DNA from: Spirochaetia bacterium
Lineage (GTDB): Bacteria > Spirochaetota > Spirochaetia > SZUA-6 > Bin103
Reading direction: 5' to 3'
NCBI GenBank assembly: GCA_965198005.1
Contig: CBDAOI010000004.1
Location: 1,440,001-1,504,000, forward strand
DNA length: 64,000 bases
Positions 11,391 to 22,600 of the stretch are shown piece after piece (position 1 is the stretch's first letter; every line of letters begins with the position of its first letter). The notes beneath the pieces were generated by a model. That model worked only from the letters and a program-made list of their open reading frames with translations, made no database searches and was not told where the DNA came from. The translations under genes and the position numbers were made by a program.

Positions 11391-12722
11391 TCAGCGCCGC
11401 TCCTCGGGGATCAGGCCGCGCGGAGCGAATCGCAGGACCAGCAGCAGGACCAGCCCCATGACGACCGGGCGCATGTGGGCGGCGGTGGACAGGAGATGGG
11501 TCCGGAGCGGGCTTTCCGGAGACAGGGGAGCCGTGACCAGCTCCATAAGCTGCAGGCCGACCGGCTCTGCCTGAATCCACACGTACCAGACCAGGAAGCC
11601 GCCGAGCACGGCGCCCCAGTTGTTGCCCGAGCCGCCCACGATCACCATCACCCAGATGAGAAAGGTGAAGCGCATCGGCTGGTATGAGGCGGGCGTGAAC
11701 TGGCCGTCGAGCGTGGTCAGCATGGCGCCGGCGATGCCGATCACCGCCGAGCCGAGCACGAACACCTGCAGATGGCGGGCGGTGACGTCCTTGCCCATCG
11801 CGCGCGCCGCGGTCTCGTTGTCTCGGACGGCGCGCATCATGCGGCCCCACGGCGAGCGCAGCGCGGTCTCCGACAGCCAGGTCAGAATCACCAGCACGAT
11901 CAGGAACAGGCCCGCGTAGCACAGCTTCACGACGATCGAGGACAGATCCACGTGCGACACGCCGAGCGCCGCGGCCCACTCCTGGAACCACACGGCATTC
12001 TGGAGATCGATCTCGTACGGGACCGGCCGCGGCAGTCCATTGACGTTCTTGACCCCGCGCGTCAGCCACTCCTCGTACTTGAGGAATGCGACGATGATCT
12101 CGGAGATGCCCAGGGTGGCGATCGCGAGATAGTCGGATCGGAGGCTGAGACTGATCTTGCAGACCCAGGCTGCGGCAGCGGCGAACGCGCCGCCCACCAG
12201 CCAGGAAAGCACGATGGGAAGGCCGAGCCCGCCGAGATAGCCGGTGGTGGTGGGATCGACCGCTTCGATGGCCCGCACCGCCGGCGCGAACACCGCGCGG
12301 GCGGCCAGCGCGCCGCCGATCAGCACGCACGCCACCGCCAGCCGCCGGTGCGACGGCTTGGCGAAACGGCGGCGGGCCAACAGCACGGCGAGCACGGTGA
12401 GCGCCGCCAGCGCCAGCGCCACCAGCACGCCGGCGCCGCCGGCGCGCCAGGCGGCGGTCACCGGCGGCATCGAGACCAGGACGCCGGCCAGCCCGCCAAG
12501 CGCGGCGAAGCCCATCACGCCGGCGTTGAACAGGCCGGCGTAGCCCCACTGGATGTTGACGCCGAGCGTCATGACGGCCGAGATCAGACACAGGTTGACA
12601 ATCGCCAGCGCCAGCGACCAGCTCTGCACCAGGCCCACCAAGCCCACCAGGGCCGCCATGGCCGCGAACAGGATCGGCTTGCGCGGGACCCGTGCCAGCG
12701 CCGGGCGCAACCGGTCGCTCAC
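11391..12722 (-). CDS. Branched-chain amino acid-type ABC transporter permease (LivM-like)
   Basis: LGVNIQWGYAGLFN, LRSDYLAIATLG, SPWGRMMRAVRDNE and IVGGSGNN motifs. Confidence 0.92.
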   Translation of the reverse strand: MSDRLRPALARVPRKPILFAAMAALVGLVGLVQSWSLALAIVNLCLISAVMTLGVNIQWGYAGLFNAGVMGFAALGGLAGVLVSMPPVTAAWRAGGAGVLVALALAALTVLAVLLARRRFAKPSHRRLAVACVLIGGALAARAVFAPAVRAIEAVDPTTTGYLGGLGLPIVLSWLVGGAFAAAAAWVCKISLSLRSDYLAIATLGISEIIVAFLKYEEWLTRGVKNVNGLPRPVPYEIDLQNAVWFQEWAAALGVSHVDLSSIVVKLCYAGLFLIVLVILTWLSETALRSPWGRMMRAVRDNETAARAMGKDVTARHLQVFVLGSAVIGIAGAMLTTLDGQFTPASYQPMRFTFLIWVMVIVGGSGNNWGAVLGGFLVWYVWIQAEPVGLQLMELVTAPLSPESPLRTHLLSTAAHMRPVVMGLVLLLVLRFAPRGLIPEERR

Positions 12723-13732
12723 GTGGACCTGCCGCCGAAGATGCCGGTGGGCTTAACCAGCAGCACCACCACCAGGATGCCGAACGAGACGGCGAACTTG
12801 TAGTCGGTGGAGAGCAACTGGACCAGGCCTTCCGGTCGCCAGCCTTCCGGTCCCAGATAGCCCAGGAACTTCTTGTAGGGGTAGGTGAGCAGCACCTCCG
12901 AGAATGCCACCACGAAGCCGCCCGTGATGGCGCCGAGCGGACTGCCCAGGCCGCCGACGATGGCGGCGGCGAAGATCGGCAGCAGCAGCGACAGATAGAC
13001 GAACGGCTTGAAGCTCTTGTCCAACCCGTACAGCGTTCCCGCCACCGCCGCGAGCGCGCCCACAATCAGCCAGGTGACCGCCACCAACCGTTCCGGGTTG
13101 ATGCCGGACAGCAGTGCCAAGTCCTCGTTGTCGGCGTAGGCGCGCATCGACTTGCCGGTCCGCGTCCTGCCGAGGAACCAGAACAGCCAGAGCACCAGGA
13201 TCGCCGTCACCACGACGGTGATCGTCTGCGTGGTCTTGATCGCCAGTCCCTCGGCGAGCCCGGTGGCGGCCTTGAACTGGCGGACGCTGACGACGAACCG
13301 CGTGCCGTCGGTGAACACTTGGTCGTCCGGGCCGATCACGAACCGGATGACCCCGCTGACCACGAACATGATGCCCACCGACGCGACCAGCAGGATGACG
13401 GGCGCCGCTTTCTTGCGCCGGTAGAATCGGTACACCCAGCGATCGGTGAGCAGGCACAAGCCGCTGCTGGCCACGATCCCGGCGGGGAGCGCCAGCAACG
13501 CCGTCGGCAGGGGGCCGATGCCGATCTCCCAGGCCTGCAGCAGCCAGGTGGCCAGGATCGTGACCATGGTGCCGAACGCCATGGTCTCGCCGTGAGCGAA
13601 GTTGGAGAAGCCCAGGACGCCGTATACCAAGGTGACTCCCAGGGCGCCGAGCGCAAGCTGGCAGCCGTACGCGGTGGCGGGAATGAGCACGAAGTTGGCC
13701 AGCAGCACGATCGCATTGACGACGTCGGTCAA
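12719..13732 (-). CDS. Branched-chain amino acid-type ABC transporter permease (LivH-like)
   Basis: LGVTLVYG..FSNFAHGE, RTGKSMRAYADN and AIVGGLGS motifs. TTG start. Confidence 0.92.
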   Translation of the reverse strand: MTDVVNAIVLLANFVLIPATAYGCQLALGALGVTLVYGVLGFSNFAHGETMAFGTMVTILATWLLQAWEIGIGPLPTALLALPAGIVASSGLCLLTDRWVYRFYRRKKAAPVILLVASVGIMFVVSGVIRFVIGPDDQVFTDGTRFVVSVRQFKAATGLAEGLAIKTTQTITVVVTAILVLWLFWFLGRTRTGKSMRAYADNEDLALLSGINPERLVAVTWLIVGALAAVAGTLYGLDKSFKPFVYLSLLLPIFAAAIVGGLGSPLGAITGGFVVAFSEVLLTYPYKKFLGYLGPEGWRPEGLVQLLSTDYKFAVSFGILVVVLLVKPTGIFGGRST

Positions 13733-13735
13733 CGA

Positions 13736-14440
13736 TCAGCCTCCCAGAAAGGAGCGGCGAATCTCGGGGTTCGCCAGCAGCTCGGACCCCGCCCCGGTAT
13801 GGCGGTTGCGGCCCTGCACCAGCACGAATCCGGTGTCGGCAAGCTCCAGGGCCTGGCGGGCGTTCTGTTCCACGATGAGGACGGCGACGCCGCCCTGCGC
13901 GATGTCGACGATGCGTTCGAACAGCTCACGGGTCACGATCGGCGACACGCCGGCGGTGGGCTCGTCCAGCATCAGCACCCGCGGCCGGTTCATCAGCGCG
14001 CGCCCGATGGCCACCTGCTGCCGCTGGCCGCCGGACAGCTCGCCCGCCGCCTGCCGCCGCTTTTCCCGCAGCACCGGGAACAGGTGATAGACGTCGTTCA
14101 GGGTGCCGGCGATGTCGTCGTCGCGGATGAACGCCCCCATCTCCAGGTTCTCCTGCACGGTCATCGAGCGGAACACGTTCTCGGTCTGCGGCACGAAGCC
14201 CATGCCCTTGCGGGCGCGCGCCTGGGGAGCCAGCGAGGTGATCTCCTCGCCGTCCAGGTGCACGCTGCCGGCGCGCACCTGCAGCAGCCCGAACAGCGCC
14301 TTCATGGCGGTCGACTTGCCGGCTCCGTTGGGTCCCACCACCACGGCGATCTCGCCTGCGTCCACGGCGACCGAACAGCCGCGCAGAATGTCGGGGCCGC
14401 CGTAGCCCCCGGTCAGCGCCTCGCCCACCAGCAGGCTCAG
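13736..14440 (-). CDS. ABC transporter ATP-binding protein (LivF-like); start is CTG 14440 or GTG 14428
   Basis: GPNGAGKST, LSGGQRQQ, LMLDEPT and VEQN motifs. Confidence 0.9.
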   Translation of the reverse strand: MSLLVGEALTGGYGGPDILRGCSVAVDAGEIAVVVGPNGAGKSTAMKALFGLLQVRAGSVHLDGEEITSLAPQARARKGMGFVPQTENVFRSMTVQENLEMGAFIRDDDIAGTLNDVYHLFPVLREKRRQAAGELSGGQRQQVAIGRALMNRPRVLMLDEPTAGVSPIVTRELFERIVDIAQGGVAVLIVEQNARQALELADTGFVLVQGRNRHTGAGSELLANPEIRRSFLGG

Positions 14441-15219
14441 GAGGTCCGCCCTTTCCGAGTCACGTGCCCGGAGCCGAGATAGGCCTCGACCACCCGTTCG
14501 TCGGCCTGGATCACCGGCGCCGAGCCCTGCGTCAGCACCTTCCCTTCCACCATCACGATAACCGGATCGCACAGCAGGGAGATCAGCTCCATGTTGTGCT
14601 CGATGATGCAGAAGGTGTACCCGCGATGCAGGTTGAGACGCAGGATGGCGCCGGCTATCTCCCTGAGCAGGGTCCGGTTGACGCCGGCGCCGACTTCGTC
14701 GAGCAGGACCACGCGCGGCTCCGCCATCATGGTGCGGCCGAGCTCGACCAGCTTCTTCTGCCCGCCCGACAGGTTGCCGGCCCGTTCCTCCGCCACGGCG
14801 TCCAGCTTCAGGAACTCGATCACCTCGTCGGCCTTGGCGCGCAGCGCGGCCTCTTCGGTTCGGATCTTGCCGGGCCGCAGCCACACGTTGGGCAGACGCT
14901 CGCCGGACTGGCCGCCCGGCACGGTCATGAGGTTCTCCCTGACCGTCAGCGTCGAGAACTCGTGCGCGATCTGGAACGTGCGCAGCACCCCCTTGGCGAA
15001 CAGCTCGTGCGGCGGTAGTCCGGTGATCTCCTCGCCGTCCAGATACACGCGGCCGGAGGTTGGCCGGTGCATGCCGGCGATGACGTTGAACAGGGTCGTC
15101 TTGCCGGCGCCGTTGGGCCCGATCAGGCCGGTGATGGCGCCGCTCTCGATGGTGAGCGACGCGCCGTCGACGGCCCGGATGCCGCCGAAGCGCATGTGCA
15201 GATCCTGGATCGCGATCAT
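14437..15219 (-). CDS. ABC transporter ATP-binding protein (LivG-like)
   Basis: GPNGAGKTT, LSGGQKKL, LLDEV, IEHNM and VVEAYLG motifs. Confidence 0.92.
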   Translation of the reverse strand: MIAIQDLHMRFGGIRAVDGASLTIESGAITGLIGPNGAGKTTLFNVIAGMHRPTSGRVYLDGEEITGLPPHELFAKGVLRTFQIAHEFSTLTVRENLMTVPGGQSGERLPNVWLRPGKIRTEEAALRAKADEVIEFLKLDAVAEERAGNLSGGQKKLVELGRTMMAEPRVVLLDEVGAGVNRTLLREIAGAILRLNLHRGYTFCIIEHNMELISLLCDPVIVMVEGKVLTQGSAPVIQADERVVEAYLGSGHVTRKGRTS

Positions 15220-15245
15220 CCGGTCAGCGACGTGCTGGGCCGGCG

Positions 15246-15281
15246 CATGAGCGGGAGCAGGCGGACCAGCTCCCGCTCATG
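15246..15281. promoter_or_regulatory. Intercistronic stem-loop after the substrate-binding protein gene
   Basis: Perfect 13-bp inverted repeat CATGAGCGGGAGC/GCTCCCGCTCATG with a 10-nt loop and no U-tract. This position is typical of an mRNA-stabilising hairpin in ABC operons. Confidence 0.7.
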
Positions 15282-15292
15282 GCCGAAGCTGA

Positions 15293-16465
15293 TCAGCGGA
15301 AGCGGACGGTTACGAACTTGCCGTCCTCGACCGCCATCTGCCGGTAGTTGCCGGCGCTCTCGCCTGCTCCGACCAGCTCCACCGCCGACGCGCCGACATA
15401 GTCGACCTCGCCGCCGTCCGCGAGGATGCGAAGCCCCTTGGCCAGCTCACCCGGATAGATCTTCTCGCCGGGCGCGTTGGCGACCGCCATGACGTGGTCC
15501 TTGAACGCGCCGCTGTCGACCGATCCCGCGGCCTGCATGGCCAGCACGATCAGGGCGACCGCGTCGTACGACTCACTCACGAACGGCCCTGCCGCCATGC
15601 CGAGCATCTCGTCGAGCTTCGCGGCGCCAGGACTGTCGGTCCCGGGGACCGTTCCGATGGAACCGTCGAGGTCCGGCCCGATCGCCTCCACCAAGCTGTC
15701 GCCGATCATGCCGTCGGGGAGAAAGAACTGGTCGAAGGCGCCCGAATCGAGCGACGCCTGGATGATCCCCTTGCCGCCCTGGTCGAGGTAGCCGGCCACG
15801 ATCAGGATGTCGCCGCCCACCGCCGCCAGCGCGGCGACCTCGGCGCTGTAGTCGCCCTTGCCGTCCTCATGCGGCGTGGAGATGGTGATTGTCCCCCCGC
15901 GCATCTTGACGTTGGCCGCGATGCTGTCCGCCAATCCCTTGCCGTAGTCGTTGTTGGTGTAGGTCATGGCCGCCTCCCGGATGTTCATCTCCTGCAGGAT
16001 GTCGGCCACTACCTCGCCCTGCCGGGCATCCGACGGCGCGGTCCGGAAGAACAGCCCGTCGTCTTCGAGCGTCGACAGGGCCGGCGAGGTGGCGGACGGG
16101 GAGATCATCACGATGCCGTTGGGCTTGGCCACTTGTTGCAGCATGGCGATGGTCACGCCCGAGCAATCGCCACCGACGATGGCGTCGACCCGGTCCGCGG
16201 TTACCAGCCGCTCGGCCGCCGCGACCGCGGCGGCCGAGTCGATGCAGGTCGTGTCCCCGCGTACGGAGACGACCTGCCGGCCGCCGAGCAGCGCGCCACT
16301 GTCGCTGACCTCCTCGATCGCCATTTCCGCGCCATCTGCCATGGGCCCCACCAACGACTCGATCGGGCCGGTATAGCCGAGCAGCACTCCCAGCTTGACA
16401 TCCTCCGCGAACGCTGCGCCAAGCGGCAGCAGCATCATCAACACGACTGCAACAACACGTTTCAT
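15293..16465 (-). CDS. ABC transporter substrate-binding protein (LIVBP-like)
   Basis: Signal peptide MKRVVAVV..AFA, ISPSATSP, FFRTAPSD and NNDYGKGL motifs. GGAGG RBS. Confidence 0.92.
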   Translation of the reverse strand: MKRVVAVVLMMLLPLGAAFAEDVKLGVLLGYTGPIESLVGPMADGAEMAIEEVSDSGALLGGRQVVSVRGDTTCIDSAAAVAAAERLVTADRVDAIVGGDCSGVTIAMLQQVAKPNGIVMISPSATSPALSTLEDDGLFFRTAPSDARQGEVVADILQEMNIREAAMTYTNNDYGKGLADSIAANVKMRGGTITISTPHEDGKGDYSAEVAALAAVGGDILIVAGYLDQGGKGIIQASLDSGAFDQFFLPDGMIGDSLVEAIGPDLDGSIGTVPGTDSPGAAKLDEMLGMAAGPFVSESYDAVALIVLAMQAAGSVDSGAFKDHVMAVANAPGEKIYPGELAKGLRILADGGEVDYVGASAVELVGAGESAGNYRQMAVEDGKFVTVRFR

Positions 16466-16602
16466 CGCATCCCTCCTATGCAGTTGGGGCCGAAGGGAGT
16501 GACTAAAGGTCCTCCCCTCGGTCGTTGCCAAGACTATAGACTCGCTAGTCGAACACGTCAAACCGTTCAGCCATGTCAGTGCGGCATGATCCCGGCACAA
16601 TG

Positions 16603-16633
16603 AAAGGGAGCCTGTCGATTACGACAGGCTCCC
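16603..16633 (-). terminator. Probable intrinsic terminator of the giant lipoprotein gene
   Basis: 12-bp perfect stem GGGAGCCTGTCG/CGACAGGCTCCC with a 4-nt loop, followed by TTT on the minus strand, ~40 nt after the stop. Confidence 0.75.
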
Positions 16634-16675
16634 CGTAATGCTATCGCTACCGCGTCAGCGGCACTCGCCACTCGC

Positions 16676-19600
16676 TCAGCGCGAGTACACGTACAGATCG
16701 GTGAACTCGACCGGTCCGCCGAGGGCGCGCAACGCGATGGTGTCAGGAGCCCGCTCCGCCGGATCGGACGTGACCCGAACCTTGAACTGCTCCATTCCGT
16801 CCACCATGAGGGTGATCGAACCGTAGCACACGCTCACCCCTTCGGGACAACCGTCGGGATTGTAGAGCGCCTCCAGCGTCACACCGTCGTCGAGCGGCCG
16901 CGCAACGTTCCTGCTCTTCAGCCACACCAAGCGGTTGCCGTCGAGCGATTCGTAGAGCTGGGCCTGGGTCTCGTCGGTCCCGTAGAAGTTCTCCTCCTGC
17001 GTGATCCACATGAGGTAGGAGCGCCCGTAGTTCCAGGTGTTTCCGGACTGTGGCGTCCCGGAGGCGAGGAAGTGCAGACCCAAGCCTACCTTCTCGTTGC
17101 CACTGGTGCGCCCGGCGACGCCGTACAGCGTTGCGACCGCGGGTTGCGCCACGTTCATCAACGCCCACTTGGCATGGCTGGTGTCGGCGTCGGTCTGACT
17201 CACGGAGTCCGCACCGCTCGTCCATGCTCCCTCGCCAGACAGCGCGTCGCCGTCGGCGAAACCGCTGACGACGCGGTTGCCGGAACTCAGCAGATCGTCC
17301 CGCATCAATTCCGCGGCGGTTCTGACCGGGTGCCCCTGTTCTTCCGTGGAGACCACGATCGCGCCGTCGTGCGTAATCTTCAGGGAGACGGCGTAGGCAG
17401 TGCCGCGAATCCCCACGTTGGAGATAACCAACGTGTCGGGTCCCACCACTTCCAGCGCGGGCGCCGACAGATCCATGTCCGGGATCGCACCGACGCCGTT
17501 GCCGAACAACGCCTCCGCTACACCCTGGTTGTCGCCGGCGTAGCGCAGCCGTGCCGAGAATTCCTGGTCACCGTACTTGATTCCCGAGATATAGATGGAA
17601 TCGGGCCCGGCGATAGAGACCTCGGCATCGTCCAGATTCAGCAGGTTCGGATCGATTCCGGTTGGTACCTGTACGCGGGCTTCAAGGTCCTCCATCATCG
17701 CCATGAGCATGGCTTTCGCGTCAACCGCTTCCGCCACCGCGACGCGCGCGGCGTCGGCGGATGCCTCGGCATCGCTCATCGCCGCGGCGGCCGCAGCAAG
17801 AGCATCCCCCACCGCGGCGTTGGCGGCCGCCACGGCCGTGTCGGCCGCGGTCTGGGCCAATTCGGCCGCGGTCGGGGGCAGGGTTACCTGTTGCATCCCG
17901 ACCAGTTCCAGCCGGTTGTCACCGACGTAGCGCAACTGCCCGGAGTAACCTTGGCCGCCCAACTCGACGAAGGAGATGTTCAGCACGTCGGGCGCCTCGA
18001 ACGAAAGCTCGGTCCGCGCCAAGTTCAGCGAATCGGGAATCAGCGTCCCGTTCGGGCCGAACACCTGCTCGACCGTCGCCGTCGTTCCACCGCGGTACCG
18101 CAGCAGAGCGGAGTAGCTCTGCCCGTCGTACATGATGGACGAGACGTAGATCGAATCGGGTCCGGCCACGGAGGCCTGAGCCGAGTCGAGGCTGAGCAGG
18201 CTGGGATCGAGCTGATCGGCGGACACCATCAGCGCGGACGGTTGATGCGCCTCCGCCATCATCATGTCGACCTTGTCCCGTGCCTCCATGGCAGCGGCTT
18301 CGGCCGCGGCCGTCGCGGCCTGGGCCTCGGCTACCGCGGCATCGGCCGCGGCCTGGGCGTCAGCCACCGCCGCATTCGCCGCCGCTTGCGCATCCGCAAC
18401 CGTCGCGTCCGCCGCCGCCGCGGCATCGGCTACCGCAGCTTCCGCCGCCGCTTGCGCATCCGCAACCGCTGCGTCCGCCGCCGCCTGCGCGTCGGCTACG
18501 GCAGCCTCTGCTGCGGCCGCGGCCTGCTCGGCTGCGGTCGGCGGCAGCGTTATCCGCTGAATCCCGACCACCTCCAACCGGTTGCCACCGGCGTAGCGGA
18601 GCTGCCCGGAGTAGCCCTGGCCACCCACTTCCACGTTGGAGATGTCCAGCATGTCGGGCGCCACGAACGCCAGCTCGGTCTGCGACAGGCCGACCGAATC
18701 GGGAATCAGTTTCCCGCTCGGCCCGAACACCGCCTCGACCGTGGCCGTGGTACCGCCGCGGTACCGCAGCAGGGCGGAGTAGCTCTGTCCGTCGTACATG
18801 ATCGAAGAGACGTAGATCGAATCGGGTCCGGCCAGGGACACCTGAACCGAGTCGAGGCTCACCAGGCTGGGATCGAGCTGATCGGCGGACACCATCACCG
18901 CGGACGGTTGATGCGCCTCCGCCATCATCATGTCGACCTTGTCCTGCGCCTCCATCGCCGCCGCTTCGGCATCGGCTACCGCGGCATCGGCCGCCGCCTG
19001 TGCCTCGGCTACGTGCGCATCGGCCGCCGCCTGAGCGTCGGCTACGTGCGCAGCGGCCGCCGCCTGCGCTTCGGCCGCTGCGGCGTCGGCCGCGGTCTGT
19101 GCCTCGGCAACCGCTGCGTCCGCCGCCGCCTGTGCCTCGGCAATCGCGGCGTCGGCGGCAGCTTCGGCGGCTGCCACCTGCTCGGCTGCGGTCGGCGGCA
19201 GCGTTATCCGCTGAATCCCGACCACCTCCAACCGGTTGCCACCGGCGTAGCGGAGCTGCCCGGAGTAGCCCTGGCCACCCACTTCCACGTTGGAGATGTC
19301 CAGCATGTCCGGCGCCACGAACGCCAGCTCGGTCTGCGACAGGCCGACCGAATCGGGAATCAGCTTCCCGCTCGGCCCGAACACCGCCTCGACCGTGGCC
19401 GTGGTACCGCCGCGGTAGCGCAGCAGGGCGGAGTAGCTCTGTCCGTCGTACATGATCGAAGAGACGTAGATCGAATCGGGTCCGGCCAGGGACACCTGAA
19501 CCGAGTCGAGGCTCACCAGGCTGGGATCGAGCTGATCGGCGGACACCATCACCGCGGACGGTTGATGCGCCTCCGCCATCATCATGTCGACCTTGTCCTG

Positions 19601-22600
19601 CGCCTCCATCGCTGCCGCTTCGGCAGCCGCGGTCGCGGCCTGTGCCTCAGCCACTGCCCCCGCATCAGCCGCCGCCTGTGCGTCGGCCGCCGCTTGCGCG
19701 TCGGCTACGGCAGCGTCGGCCGCTGCCTGGGCATCGGCTACGGCCGCATCCGCCGCCGCCTGCGCGTCGGCTACGGCAGCGTCGGCGGCAGCTTCGGCCG
19801 CAGACACCTGCTCGGCCGCCTGCTCGGCCGCGGTCGGCGGCAGGGTCACCTGCTGTATTCCGACCACCTCCAACCGGTTGCCGCCGGCGTAGCGGAGCTG
19901 CCCGGAGTAGCCCTGGCCATCCACGTTGACGTAGGAGATGTCCAGCATGTCCGGCGCCACGAACGCCAGCTCGGTCTGCGCCAGGCCGACCGAATCGGGA
20001 ATCAGCTTCCCGCTCGGCCCGAATACCTGCTCGACCGTGGCGGTGGTGCCGCCGCGGTAGCGCAGCAGGGCGGAGTAGCTCTGCCCGTCGTACATGATCG
20101 AAGAGACGTAGATCGAATCGGGTCCGGCCAGGGACACCTGAACCGAGTCGAGGTTCGCCAGGCTGGGATCGAGCTGATCGGCGGACACCATCACCGCGGA
20201 CGGTTGATGCGTCTCCGCCATCATCATGTCGACCTTGTCCATCGCCTCCATCGTTGCCGCGTCGGCAGCATCGGTCATCGCCTGTGCGTCGGCCACTGCC
20301 GCATCGGCCGCCGCCTGTGCGTCGGCTACGGCAGCGTCGGCCGCTGCCTGCGCTTCGGCCGCTACGGCATCGGCCGCGGCCTGGGCTTCGGCAACCGCTG
20401 CGTCCGCCGCCGCCTGCGCGTCGGCTACGGCAGCTTCCGCCGCCGCCTCGGCTTGGTCGGCCGCGGTCGGCGGCAGGGTCACCTGCTGTATCCCGACCAC
20501 CTCCAAGGTGTTGCCGCCGGCGTAGCGGAGTTGTCCGGAGTAGCCCTGGCCATCCACGTTGACGTAGGAGATGTCCAGCATGTCCGGCGCCACGAACGCC
20601 AGCTCGGTCTGCGACAAGCCGACCGAATCGGGAATCAGCTTCCCGCTCGGCCCGAATACCTGCTCGACCGTGGCGGTGGTGCCGCCGCGGTAGCGCAGCA
20701 GGGCGGAGTAGCTCTGTCCGTCGTACATGATGGAAGAGACGTAGATCGAATCGGGTCCGGCCAGGGACACCTGAACCGAGTCGAGGTTCGCCAAGCTGGG
20801 ATCGAGCTGATCGGCGGACACCATCACCGCGGACGGTTGATGCGCCTCCGCCATCATCATGTCGACCTTGTCCATCGCCTCCATCGCTGCCGCTTCGGCA
20901 GCCGCGGTCATCGCCTGTGCCTCCATCGCTGCCGCGTCGGCAGCATCGGTCATCGCCTGCGCCTCCATCGCTGCCGCATCGGCCGCTGCCTCGGCGTCGG
21001 CCACTGCGGCGTCGGCCGCGGCCTGCGCGTCGGCAATCGCCGCATCGGCGGCCACCTGCGCGGCAGCCTCGGCGGCGGATACCTGCTCGGCGGCGGTCGG
21101 CGGCAGGGTCACCTGCTGTATCCCGACCACCTCCAACTGGTTGCCACCGGCGTAGCGCAACTGCCCGGAGTAGCCCTGGCCATCCACGTTCACGTAGGAG
21201 ATGTCCAGCATGTCCGGCGCCACGAACGCCAGCTCGGTCTGCGACAGGCCGACCGAATCGGGAATCAGCTTCCCGCTCGGCCCGAATACCTGCTCGACCG
21301 TGGCGGTGGTGCCGCCGCGGTACCGCAGCAGGGCGGAGTAGCTCTGCCCGTCGTACATGATCGAAGAGACGTAAATCGAATCGGGTCCGGCCAGGGACAC
21401 CTGAACCGAGTCGAGGTTCGCCAGGCTGGGATCGAGTTGATCGGCGGACACCATCACCGCGGACGGTTGATGCGCCTCCGCCATCATCATGTCGACCTTG
21501 TCCTGCGCCTCCATGGCCGCCGCTTCGGCATCGTCTACCGCGGCATCGGCCATCGCCTGCGCGTCGGCCACTGCCGCATCGGCCATCGCCTGGGCGTCAG
21601 CCACCGCCGCGTCCGCCGCCGCCTGGGCGTCGGCCACTGCGGCGTCGGCCGCGGCCTGCGCGTCGGCCATCGCCGCTTCGGCGGCCGCCTGCGCGGCAGC
21701 CTCGGCGGCGGATACCTGCTCGGCCGCGGTCGGCGGCAGGGTCACCTGCTGTATCCCGACCACCTCCAACTGGTTGCCACCGGCGTAGCGCAACTGCCCG
21801 GAGTAGCCCTGGCCATCCACGTTGACGTAGGAGATGTCCAGCATGTCCGGCGCCACGAACGCCAGCTCGGTCTGCGACAGGCCGACCGAATCGGGAATCA
21901 GCTTCCCGCTCGGCCCGAATACCTGCTCGACCGTGGCGGTGGTGCCGCCGCGGTACCGCAGCAGGGCGGAGTAGCTCTGCCCGTCGTACATGATCGAAGA
22001 GACGTAAATCGAATCGGGTCCGGCCAGGGACACCTGAACCGAGTCGAGGTTCGCCAGGCTGGGATCGAGTTGATCGGCGGACACCATCACCGCGGACGGT
22101 TGATGCGCCTCCGCCATCATCATGTCGACCTTGTCCTGCGCCTCCATGGCCGCCGCTTCGGCATCGTCTACCGCGGCATCGGCCATCGCCTGCGCGTCGG
22201 CCACTGCCGCATCGGCCATCGCCTGGGCGTCAGCCACCGCCGCGTCCGCCGCCGCCTGGGCGTCGGCCACTGCGGCGTCGGCCGCGGCCTGCGCGTCGGC
22301 CATCGCCGCTTCGGCGGCCGCCTGCGCGGCAGCCTCGGCGGCGGATACCTGCTCGGCCGCGGTCGGCGGCAGAGTCACCTGCTGTATCCCGACGACCTCC
22401 AAGGTGTTGCCGCCGGCGTAGCGGAGCTGCCCGGAGTAGCCTTGGCCATCCACGTTGACGTAGGAGATGTCCAGCATGTCCGGCGCCACGAACGCCAGCT
22501 CGGTCTGCGACAGGCCGACCGAATCGGGAATCAGCTTCCCGCTCGGCCCGAATACCTGCTCGACCGTGGCGGTGGTGCCGCCGCGGTAGCGCAGCAGGGC

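Noticed and set aside
10762-13065. 911-aa ORF 10330-13065 as one protein
   Set aside because: Only the last ~143 codons (NusG domain II) are real. The rest is an off-frame overlap with the permeases and the NUDIX gene.
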